Below, one piece after another: positions 1-7,581 of a DNA stretch of 64,000 nt. Under the pieces are notes generated by a model. The model did not search any database and was not told the origin of the DNA. It was given only the letters and a program-made list of their open reading frames with translations. The first letter of the stretch is position 1. The number at the start of each line of letters is the position of its first letter. The stretch is from an uncultured Chloroflexia bacterium. Lineage in GTDB: Bacteria > Chloroflexota > Chloroflexia > QHBQ01 > JADMIH01. The DNA lies in assembly GCA_963797095.1 (NCBI GenBank), contig CAWCNY010000003.1:288001-352000 (forward strand), read 5' to 3'. The position numbers and the translations under genes were made by a program.

Positions 1-70
1 GGGTAGCCCCTACGCCCGATCCGCCCCTGCGCAATATCATGCATAATCAACAAATGAGAGGTAACAACAT

Positions 71-1546
71 ATGGCAACAATACTGATCCCGACTGCCCTC
101 CGCCAGTACGCCGGGCAGCAGAACGAAGTGGCCGTCACAGGCACTACCGTAGACGAGGCGCTGGGTGCCCTCACCGAGTCCTACCCTGACCTTCGCAAAC
201 AGCTTTACAGCGAGGCCGGCAAGCTGCGCAACTTCGTCAACGTCTACCTGAACGAAGAAGACGTGCGCTATCTGCAAAAAGGCAACACCCCGGTCTCCGG
301 CGACGACACCATATCGATCATCCCGGCCATCGCGGGCGGAAGCCTCCGAACCACCCTGTTCGGCGCTCGGCCCGCGCCTCAACCAGCAAATGGCAGCAGC
401 GACGAACCGGAGCTATCCCACGAGGAGATCCGCCGCTACAGCCGCCACCTGATCGTCCCCGAAGTGGGTCTCGAAGGCCAGAAAAAGCTCAAGGCCAGTA
501 GCGTTCTCCTCATAGGCGCGGGCGGTCTCGGCTCTCCCCTGGCCCTCTATCTCGCCGCCGCGGGCGTGGGCCGCATGGGCATCGTCGATTTCGATGTGGT
601 TGACGAAAGCAACCTGCAGCGCCAGGTGATCCACGGCACCTCATCCGTCGGCACCTCCAAGCTCGAAAGCGCCAAACAGCGCATCCTCGACATCAACCCC
701 TTCGTGCAGGTCGACACCTACCCCGTCCCCCTCTCCTCCGAGAACGCCCTCGACCTGCTCCGCCCCTACGATGTGATCGTAGACGGCACCGACAACTTCC
801 CCACCCGCTACCTCGTAAATGACGCCTGTGTGCTCCTCGGCAAGCCCAACGTCTACGGCTCCATCTTCCGCTTCGAGGGGCAGGCCTCCGTCTTCTGGGC
901 CGAGCAAGGCCCGTGCTACCGCTGCCTCTACCCCGAGCCGCCTCCCCCCGGCCTTGTCCCTTCCTGCGCTGAGGGCGGCGTGCTCGGCATTCTCCCAGGC
1001 ACCGTCGGCACCATCCAGGCCACCGAGACGATCAAGCTCCTCCTCGGCATCGGCAAGCCCCTCATCGGCAGACTCCTCCTCTACAACGCCCTCAACATGG
1101 AGTTCCGTGAGCTAAAGCTGCGCAAAGACCCCGATTGCCCCATCTGCGGCGAGCACCCCACCGTCACCGAGCTAATCGACTACCAGCAGTTCTGCGGCAT
1201 CGACCCCCGCACCGAGCGCGGCGAGACCGACCGCGACATCACCCCTCCCGAGCTTCACGAGCGCCTGGAGCGCGGCGATAACCTCGTCCTCCTCGACGTG
1301 CGCGAGCCAAACGAATGGAACATCGCGCATCTCGAAGGTGCCAGGCTGATCCCGGTAAACACCATCACCCAGCACGTACACGAGCTAAGCACCGCCGACG
1401 AAATCGTCCTCTACTGCAAAGCTGGCACCCGCAGCGCTCGCGCCCTCGGCCAGCTACGCGAGATGGGTTTCCGCAAGCTCTGGAACCTCAGCGGCGGCAT
1501 CAACGCCTGGGCCGAGCAGGTTGACCCATCCATCCCGCGCTACTAG
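71..1546 (+). CDS. moeB: MoaD/ThiS ubiquitin-like domain fused to MoeB/ThiF adenylyltransferase and C-terminal rhodanese (MoeZ-type)
   Basis: N-terminal beta-grasp domain ending IIPAIAGG; RYSRH, GAGGLGS, SNLQRQ, DGTDNF, CYRC and CPIC motifs; rhodanese DVREP...YCKAGTRS; GAGG RBS. Confidence 0.93.
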   Translation: MATILIPTALRQYAGQQNEVAVTGTTVDEALGALTESYPDLRKQLYSEAGKLRNFVNVYLNEEDVRYLQKGNTPVSGDDTISIIPAIAGGSLRTTLFGARPAPQPANGSSDEPELSHEEIRRYSRHLIVPEVGLEGQKKLKASSVLLIGAGGLGSPLALYLAAAGVGRMGIVDFDVVDESNLQRQVIHGTSSVGTSKLESAKQRILDINPFVQVDTYPVPLSSENALDLLRPYDVIVDGTDNFPTRYLVNDACVLLGKPNVYGSIFRFEGQASVFWAEQGPCYRCLYPEPPPPGLVPSCAEGGVLGILPGTVGTIQATETIKLLLGIGKPLIGRLLLYNALNMEFRELKLRKDPDCPICGEHPTVTELIDYQQFCGIDPRTERGETDRDITPPELHERLERGDNLVLLDVREPNEWNIAHLEGARLIPVNTITQHVHELSTADEIVLYCKAGTRSARALGQLREMGFRKLWNLSGGINAWAEQVDPSIPRY

Positions 1547-1556
1547 GAGCCACACC

Positions 1557-2012
1557 ATGAGCAAGTCAACATCAACGGAGACCGAGCTTTGCAGCGACAT
1601 CCCGTTGCCCATCGTCAAGCTCAACCGCTGGACCCTCCTGGCCGGAATCCTGGGTGGCCTCCTCCTGCAGCAGCCCCTCATAACCACCTTCCTCTTCGTG
1701 ATCCTGCTCGGAGCGGTCCTCTACGGCCAGCGCGGCAGCCTCATCTTCCAGGTGGGCAAGCGCCTTCTCGCCTCCCGCATCGCCGGTGCCGAAGGCGAGG
1801 ATCGCCGCCTCATGCGCTTCAACAATACCATCGCCGTGGTGCTCCTTGGCTTCGCGCAGGTCGCCTTTCTCGCAGGTCTGCCCATACTCGGCTGGGCCTT
1901 CGCTCTCATGGTAGCCGCTGCCGCTGCCGTCGCCCTCGCGGGCTTCTGCTTCGGCTGCTTCCTCTTCCTGCGCTTCAAGCTTTACCGCTACAGGCTGCTC
2001 GGTTCCAGATAA
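1557..2012 (+). CDS. DUF4395 family membrane protein
   Basis: Four hydrophobic segments with RF..IA and GFCFGC motifs; ATG 1557 follows a GGAG RBS; sits between sulfur-transfer genes. Confidence 0.8.
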   Translation: MSKSTSTETELCSDIPLPIVKLNRWTLLAGILGGLLLQQPLITTFLFVILLGAVLYGQRGSLIFQVGKRLLASRIAGAEGEDRRLMRFNNTIAVVLLGFAQVAFLAGLPILGWAFALMVAAAAAVALAGFCFGCFLFLRFKLYRYRLLGSR

Positions 2013-2169
2013 GGTATCCTGATGCACACGAACCCCAACCTATGCTTGTGTAAGAGGCTGGCCGAGCGTGCGTGTAGCCCGACCAGCCACAATTACTAGC
2101 CCAATCGCGATGCACGCTCGCGACCAATCATCGACCATCATCCAAACCAAATACCGGAGGACAAACACA

Positions 2170-3090
2170 GTGGGAACAGCAATCTCAAATAAGAACACGA
2201 GCGAAAACGTCGAATTCCCTGAATACGCCAGGCCCAACTCCCTCGTATCCACCCAGTGGGTGCAGGATCACCTCGACGACCCCAACATCAGGATCGTAGA
2301 GTCCGACGAAGACGTGCTCCTCTACGAGCAGGGCCACATCCCCGGCGCGGTCAAGCTCGACTGGCACACCGACCTCCAGGATCAGGTCAGGCGCGACTAT
2401 GTCAACCGCTCCCGCTTCGAAGAGCTTCTCTCCGAGCGCGGCATAGGCAACCACACCACCGTCATCTTCTACGGCGACAAGAACAACTGGTGGGCCACCT
2501 ATGCCCTCTGGGCCTTCCAGCTATTCGGCCACACCAACGCCAAGATCATGAACGGGGGCCGCCAGAAGTGGCTCGCCGAGGAGCGCCCCATCACCACCGA
2601 GGTGCCAACTTACCCAGCCACCGACTACAAAGCCCCTGAGCGCAACGACGCCGAGATCCGCGCCTTCCGCGATGAAGTGATCGCCCTCCTCGACCAGGAC
2701 CGCAACGGCCTCAAGGAAGGCATCGCTCTGGTAGATGTCCGCTCCAACCCGGAATACACAGGCGAGACCATCCACATGGTCAACTATCCCCAGGAAGGCG
2801 CACAGCGCGGCGGCCACATCCCCGGCGCGCGCAACATCCCCTGGGCCACCGCAGTCCGCGAAGACGGCACCTTCAAAAGCCCCGAAGAGCTACAGCAGAT
2901 CTACGGCAACCAGGGCGTAACCCCCGACAAGGATGTAGTAGCCTACTGCCGCATAGGCGAGCGCTCCTCCCACACCTGGTTCGTCCTAACCTACCTGCTT
3001 GGCTACCCCAAAGTCCGCAACTACGACGGCAGTTGGACCGAATGGGGCAACCTCGTAGACGTCCCAATAGAAAAAGGCCAACCAGCGTAA
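2170..3090 (+). CDS. Tandem-domain rhodanese / thiosulfate sulfurtransferase (CysA/SseA type)
   Basis: LVSTQW, GHIPGA twice, YCRIGERS active loop, YDGSWTEWG; GTG 2170 follows GGAGG. Confidence 0.92.
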   Translation: MGTAISNKNTSENVEFPEYARPNSLVSTQWVQDHLDDPNIRIVESDEDVLLYEQGHIPGAVKLDWHTDLQDQVRRDYVNRSRFEELLSERGIGNHTTVIFYGDKNNWWATYALWAFQLFGHTNAKIMNGGRQKWLAEERPITTEVPTYPATDYKAPERNDAEIRAFRDEVIALLDQDRNGLKEGIALVDVRSNPEYTGETIHMVNYPQEGAQRGGHIPGARNIPWATAVREDGTFKSPEELQQIYGNQGVTPDKDVVAYCRIGERSSHTWFVLTYLLGYPKVRNYDGSWTEWGNLVDVPIEKGQPA

Positions 3091-3116
3091 AGGGGGTGCA
3101 GGAGCGCCAACCCCTA

Positions 3117-3206
3117 ATCTGAAAAGGCTGAAAAATGGCGGCTCCGCCGCCATTTTTCAGCCTTTTCAGATCGCCCCTCCCCAATCGGGAGGGGTTGGGG
3201 AGGGTC
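3117..3206. repeat. Perfect 26-bp hairpin plus CCCCTCCCC..GGGAGGGG palindrome between convergent genes (REP-like, probable bidirectional terminator)
   Basis: ATCTGAAAAGGCTGAAAAATGGCGGC-TCC-GCCGCCATTTTTCAGCCTTTTCAGAT; a related element lies at 31731-31820. Confidence 0.8.
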
Positions 3207-4616
3207 CTAAAAGGGCACCTTATCCCCTAGCCCAAACTCCCCATGAATCGCCCGAATAGCCCGCTCCGCATCCCCGGCGGACAGCACAAACGACAGGTTC
3301 AACTCCGACGACCCCTGCGCGATAGCCAGCACCTCCATCCCCTCCCTCCCCAGCAGTGAAAACACCCGCCCCGCCACCTCAGGCTTCCCCCTCATCCCCG
3401 ACCCGATCACCGCCACAATCGACACCCCACCTCGCACATCTATCCCCTCGATCAGCCCGTGATCGATCTCCACAGCGAACGCCTCGCCCAGCGCCCGTGA
3501 TGCCCTCGTCCCCAACCTCTCCTCAATAACCAGACAAATATTATACTCAGACGACGACTGCGAGATCATCAACACGTTGATCTTCTCATGCGCCACCGTA
3601 GAAAACACCCGCGCCGCCACCCCCGGCAGCCCGATCATCCCCTTCCCCTGCACGGTCAGCAACGCTAACAAAGAAATAGCCGTGATAGCCCGCACCGGAC
3701 GATCCACCTCAGGAGCGCTCGCCACGATGCAGGTCCCTGGGTGCTCAGGCTCGAAGCTATTGCGAATATACACCGGGATCCCCTGCTCCACAGCCGGCGC
3801 AATCGTCCGGGGGTGCAGCACCTTCGCCCCAAAATACGAAAGCTCCGCCGCCTCCAGATAAGATATCTGAGGCAGCGTGCGCGCCTCCGCCACCACCCGT
3901 GGGTTAGCCGTCATCATCCCGTTCACATCCGTCCAGATGATGATCTCACGCGCCCCCAGCAAGCTCCCCACAATCGAAGCCGAATAGTCCGACCCCCCGC
4001 GCCCCAGCGTCGTAGTGATCCCTTCCTCCGTAGCCCCGATGAACCCCGTCACCACCGGCACCACTCCACTCTCCAGCAATGGCCCAAGCACACCCCTAAT
4101 CTTCTCCCCCGACTTCTCCAGCAAAGGATACGCACTCCCGAACGCCCCATCCGTCACCAGGAACCGCGTTGCCTCCACCGCCTCCGACTTCAACCCCGCC
4201 CCCCGGATGGCCGCCGCCACCAACCTGCACGACAGCCTCTCCCCTATCGCCGCCACATAATCAAGCGTGCGCGGCGTGACCTCACCCAGTATCCCGATGC
4301 TCTGGACGAAGCTCTGAAACTCCCCCACCAGCGCCTGCACCTCCCCATGCAGCGCCGCCTTCTCGGCACCCAGCCCCAACCCCTCCACCATCTCGAAGTG
4401 CAGCTTCTGCACGTTCAACACCAGTTGCAGCGCGTCAAAGCTCTGCCGGGCCGCTGCCTTCCGGGCCGCTTCCAGCAGCGTGTCAGTCACCCCCGATACC
4501 GCCGACACCACCACCACCACACCCTCAGACCCCGCCTGCGCCGCTACGATCCGCGCCGCCCCCATGATCCTCTCCGCGCTCCCCACCGAGGTCCCGCCGA
4601 ACTTCATCACAATCAA
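3207..4616 (-). CDS. lysC: Aspartate kinase with two ACT domains (ThrA-like AK module)
   Basis: MKFGGTSVG, TTLGRGGSDYSA, IWTDVNG, ELSYFGAKVLHP; ACT repeats SQSSSE and AQGSSE. Confidence 0.93.
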   Translation of the reverse strand: MIVMKFGGTSVGSAERIMGAARIVAAQAGSEGVVVVVSAVSGVTDTLLEAARKAAARQSFDALQLVLNVQKLHFEMVEGLGLGAEKAALHGEVQALVGEFQSFVQSIGILGEVTPRTLDYVAAIGERLSCRLVAAAIRGAGLKSEAVEATRFLVTDGAFGSAYPLLEKSGEKIRGVLGPLLESGVVPVVTGFIGATEEGITTTLGRGGSDYSASIVGSLLGAREIIIWTDVNGMMTANPRVVAEARTLPQISYLEAAELSYFGAKVLHPRTIAPAVEQGIPVYIRNSFEPEHPGTCIVASAPEVDRPVRAITAISLLALLTVQGKGMIGLPGVAARVFSTVAHEKINVLMISQSSSEYNICLVIEERLGTRASRALGEAFAVEIDHGLIEGIDVRGGVSIVAVIGSGMRGKPEVAGRVFSLLGREGMEVLAIAQGSSELNLSFVLSAGDAERAIRAIHGEFGLGDKVPF

Positions 4617-5728
4617 AGCGCGCTCCCCCTCGGCTCCAGCGTAAGAATATCCGCAAGCACCCCCGCTGCCGTCACCTCCGCCCCCGCCCCGCGTCCCCTC
4701 ACCGCCAGCGGCTGCTCCCCGTAAAACCGGGTGTGGAACACAAACAGACTCTCCGTGCCGGTCAAACTCCCAGCCAAACTCTGCGCCCCCACCTCCTGCA
4801 AAGCCACCCGCGCCCCGGTCCCATCTATCCGCGCCAAAAACCTCAATACCCCTCCCCGCTCCTTCGCCTCCCTCACCCTCTCCCCATATTCGCCATCCGC
4901 CTCCGGCAACCTCTCCCAGAACTCATCCAGCGTCACCCCCTCCAACCCCGCAGGCACCAGCGTCTCCACCTCAATATCCCCCATATCCAGCCGCATACCC
5001 AATTTCCTTGCCAGGATCAGAGCCTTGCGCCGCGCATCCACCCCCGCCAGGTCGTCCCGCGGGTCAGGCTCCGTATACCCCATCCTCTGTGCCTTCCGCA
5101 ACGCCTCGCTGAACGCCACCCCGTTCTGTATCTCCGTACACACAAACTCAAGCGTGCCGCTGATCGCCGCCTCGATAGCCGTCACCTCATCCCCTGCCGA
5201 CAACAACCTATCCAATGTCACGATCACGGGCAGCGCCGCCCCCACCGTGGTCTCATACAGCACCCGCCCCCGCCCATCACCCATAAGCGCGTCATACCGC
5301 GCCTGCGGCTCGGCCAGCGCCCACTTATTGCAAAGCACGACATGCCAACCCCGCTCCCGCGCCTCCAGCATAGTCTCATACGCCCCGCGCTCTGCCGTCA
5401 CGTCCACCACCGCTTGCTCGGCCTCCACACCCTCCTCAAATACCGCGCTCAGCGATGGGAGCCCTCCACCCTCCGACGCCACAAATCGAGCCTCCGGCCA
5501 CTTCCCCGCCATCTCCCTCAACGATTGCCCGCCCCGCTTCCCATCCAGCACCGCCACAAGCGCCTCACGCGGCCAGGCCCCCGGCAACACGACCATCCCC
5601 GACCTATCCGCCAACGCCCGGTACCCAAGCCACGGATACCGATCGGCCACGCGCAAATAACGTCCAAGCAGCGCCTGCCCCACGCCTCCAAGCCCCAACT
5701 GAATCAATAGCAGCTTCTCTCCGCCCAT
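4613..5728 (-). CDS. hom: Homoserine dehydrogenase
   Basis: GLGGVG Rossmann motif, CNK, YETTVGAALP, GYTEPDPRDDL.G.D, GAGAEVTA. Confidence 0.9.
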   Translation of the reverse strand: MGGEKLLLIQLGLGGVGQALLGRYLRVADRYPWLGYRALADRSGMVVLPGAWPREALVAVLDGKRGGQSLREMAGKWPEARFVASEGGGLPSLSAVFEEGVEAEQAVVDVTAERGAYETMLEARERGWHVVLCNKWALAEPQARYDALMGDGRGRVLYETTVGAALPVIVTLDRLLSAGDEVTAIEAAISGTLEFVCTEIQNGVAFSEALRKAQRMGYTEPDPRDDLAGVDARRKALILARKLGMRLDMGDIEVETLVPAGLEGVTLDEFWERLPEADGEYGERVREAKERGGVLRFLARIDGTGARVALQEVGAQSLAGSLTGTESLFVFHTRFYGEQPLAVRGRGAGAEVTAAGVLADILTLEPRGSAL

Positions 5729-5729
5729 A

Positions 5730-6800
5730 TCAGTCCAGCATCCCCCTGGCCCGCAGCAACTCCGCGATCAGCACCACGCCGCCCGCCGCCCCGCGCACCA
5801 AATTATGCCCAAGCAGCGCGAACTTGTAATCCAACAGCGGGCAAGGCCGCAATCTCCCCACCACCGTAGCCATCCCGCCTCCCGTATCCCGGTCAAATCG
5901 AGGCTGCGGGCGATTCGGCTCCGGCCTGAAAACCACAGGCTGCGCGGGCGCGCTCGGCAGCCCTATCTCCTGAGGCCATCCCCGCCATTCCGCCCAACAG
6001 TCAACCACATCCTGCTCTCTCACCTTCGTCCCCAATTCCACCGACACCATCTCCAGGTGCCCATCGGTGGTGGGCACCCGCGTGCACTGCGCGCTGATCT
6101 TCATGCCAGCAGGAGGCTCAAGCCTCCCCTCACCCTCCACCAACCTGCTCAACAATTTAAGCGGCTCGGTCTCCATCTTATCTTCCTCACCGCCGATATA
6201 GGGCACCACGTTATCCAGAATATCCAGCGCCGACACCCCGTTATATCCCGCCCCCGAAAGCGCCTGAAGCGTAGTCACAAACACCCGCTTCACCCCGAAC
6301 GCCCGGTGCAAAGGCGCGAGCGCCAGCGTCATACCGATAGTCGAGCAATTGGGGTTCGTCACAATATACCCCCGCCACCCACGGTTCTCTTGCTGCTTCT
6401 CCACCAGCACCACATGCTCAGGGTTGACCTCAGGCACGATCAACGGCACGTCCTCATCCATCCTGTGCGCGCTCGCGTTCGACACCACCACAAGCCCCGC
6501 CTCAGCCAACCTCGGCTCCAACTCGCGGGCCGCATCCGCCGGAAGCGCGCTGAATATCACCCGGCACCCCTCGAACGACCCCGGCTCCGACTCCACCAGC
6601 ACGCTATCCACCAACCGCGCCTCCAGCGCTCCCCATGCAGCGGGCGCGGGCCGCAGCGCATCCCCATACCGCTGCCCCACCGTGCGCGCCGACCCCGACA
6701 TAGCCGCCACCTCAAACCACGGGTGATCATTGAGCAAGCGCACAATCCGCTGCCCCACCATCCCCGTAGCACCCAGCACACCAACCGCGATCTTCCCCAT
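5730..6800 (-). CDS. asd: Aspartate-semialdehyde dehydrogenase
   Basis: GATGMVGQ, SNASAHRM, NPNCST, QALSGAG, HNLVRGAAG. Confidence 0.95.
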   Translation of the reverse strand: MGKIAVGVLGATGMVGQRIVRLLNDHPWFEVAAMSGSARTVGQRYGDALRPAPAAWGALEARLVDSVLVESEPGSFEGCRVIFSALPADAARELEPRLAEAGLVVVSNASAHRMDEDVPLIVPEVNPEHVVLVEKQQENRGWRGYIVTNPNCSTIGMTLALAPLHRAFGVKRVFVTTLQALSGAGYNGVSALDILDNVVPYIGGEEDKMETEPLKLLSRLVEGEGRLEPPAGMKISAQCTRVPTTDGHLEMVSVELGTKVREQDVVDCWAEWRGWPQEIGLPSAPAQPVVFRPEPNRPQPRFDRDTGGGMATVVGRLRPCPLLDYKFALLGHNLVRGAAGGVVLIAELLRARGMLD

Positions 6801-6826
6801 ATTGCCATCCCCATTTCCAGATTAAA

Positions 6827-6913
6827 GGCGCACAAGCACCCGACGCGAGAAGAGCTTCCACAACGAAGGCCGCCATGCCAGTGCTTCCTCGCACCAAGTC
6901 GTTAATTATAGCA
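6827..6913 (-). promoter_or_regulatory. Extended -10 promoter (TGCTATAAT) followed by a structured 5' leader of the asd-hom-ask operon
   Basis: Reverse complement of 6905-6913 reads TGCTATAAT; leader GGTGC..AAGCAC can pair with GTGCTT..GCGCC. Confidence 0.55.
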
Positions 6914-6998
6914 CATGCCGCTGATCGATCACCTCCCTCCACAAGCCCTCAACCAGAGCAAGTGCAAGGTCGGTGCTCAGCACACCAAGCTCGGGTTT

Positions 6999-7084
6999 GT
7001 CATTCCGAGATTGGATGCGTCATTCCGAGATTGGATGCGTCATTCCGAGATTGGATGCGTCATTCTGAACGAAGTGAAGGATCT
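6999..7084 (+). repeat. Three exact 20-bp tandem repeats (GTCATTCCGAGATTGGATGC) plus a GTCATTCTGAACGAAGTGAAGGATCT REP-like half-site
   Basis: Read directly; no spacers between units. Confidence 0.9.
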
Positions 7085-7181
7085 AAAATGCCAGGCAGGA
7101 CACCCATTGTGGGGAATATCATCGCATAAAGATAAAGCCTGTAGGGGCATCCACCAGCGATACCCCAATGGATTGCCAACA

Positions 7182-7281
7182 AAGCCAAAGTCCCGTAGGG
7201 ACTCTAGAGAGTAGCCCAGGGCGTAAGCCCTGTGGATGATATGCCACCCAAGCAAGTAGTCCCGTAGGGACGTAAGAGCAT
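7182..7281. repeat. CCCGTAGGG-type REP-like element, homologous to 25789-25884
   Basis: AGTCCCGTAGGGAC..AGAGAGTAGCCC..CGTAAGCCCTG..CCCGTAGGGACGTAAGAGCAT. Confidence 0.7.
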
Positions 7282-7414
7282 CGCATCACACATCACCGGA
7301 ATGCCTAAGCAGAGGAAGAACAAACAACAAACAATCTTGGCGCCCTTCGCCCAACTTCGCATCTTCGTGTTCCAAAGACCCATTCCCCACTCGATACTAA
7401 AAAACCATACTTAA

Positions 7415-7461
7415 GTACACCCCAATATGTGTCCAATTCTCCCCATCTATTGCCATATAGT
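7415..7461 (+). promoter_or_regulatory. Conserved promoter-like motif, copy 1 (upstream of ppc)
   Basis: GTACAC-N8-GTGTCC-N17-GCCATATAGT; same spacing at 26064 and 33072. Confidence 0.7.
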
Positions 7462-7581
7462 TAATGAAGGGCAGAAATAACCAAAAATCCTACAGAGGAT
7501 GACGAAACCACAACAGAAGCGTAAACTATTGGGAAAGCAAAACCTCGCATACACAACCCGCCCCACAAAAAGAGAGCACTC

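Noticed and set aside
6827-6897. Known lysine, SAM-I, SAH or T-box element
   Set aside because: Too short and lacking the consensus motifs; kept only as an unclassified candidate
3577-6905. Long plus-strand ORFs opposite ask/hom/asd
   Set aside because: Antisense shadows caused by high GC and skew; Pro/Arg/His-rich with no motifs
6999-7084. CRISPR array
   Set aside because: The 20-bp units are contiguous with no unique spacers, and no cas genes are present
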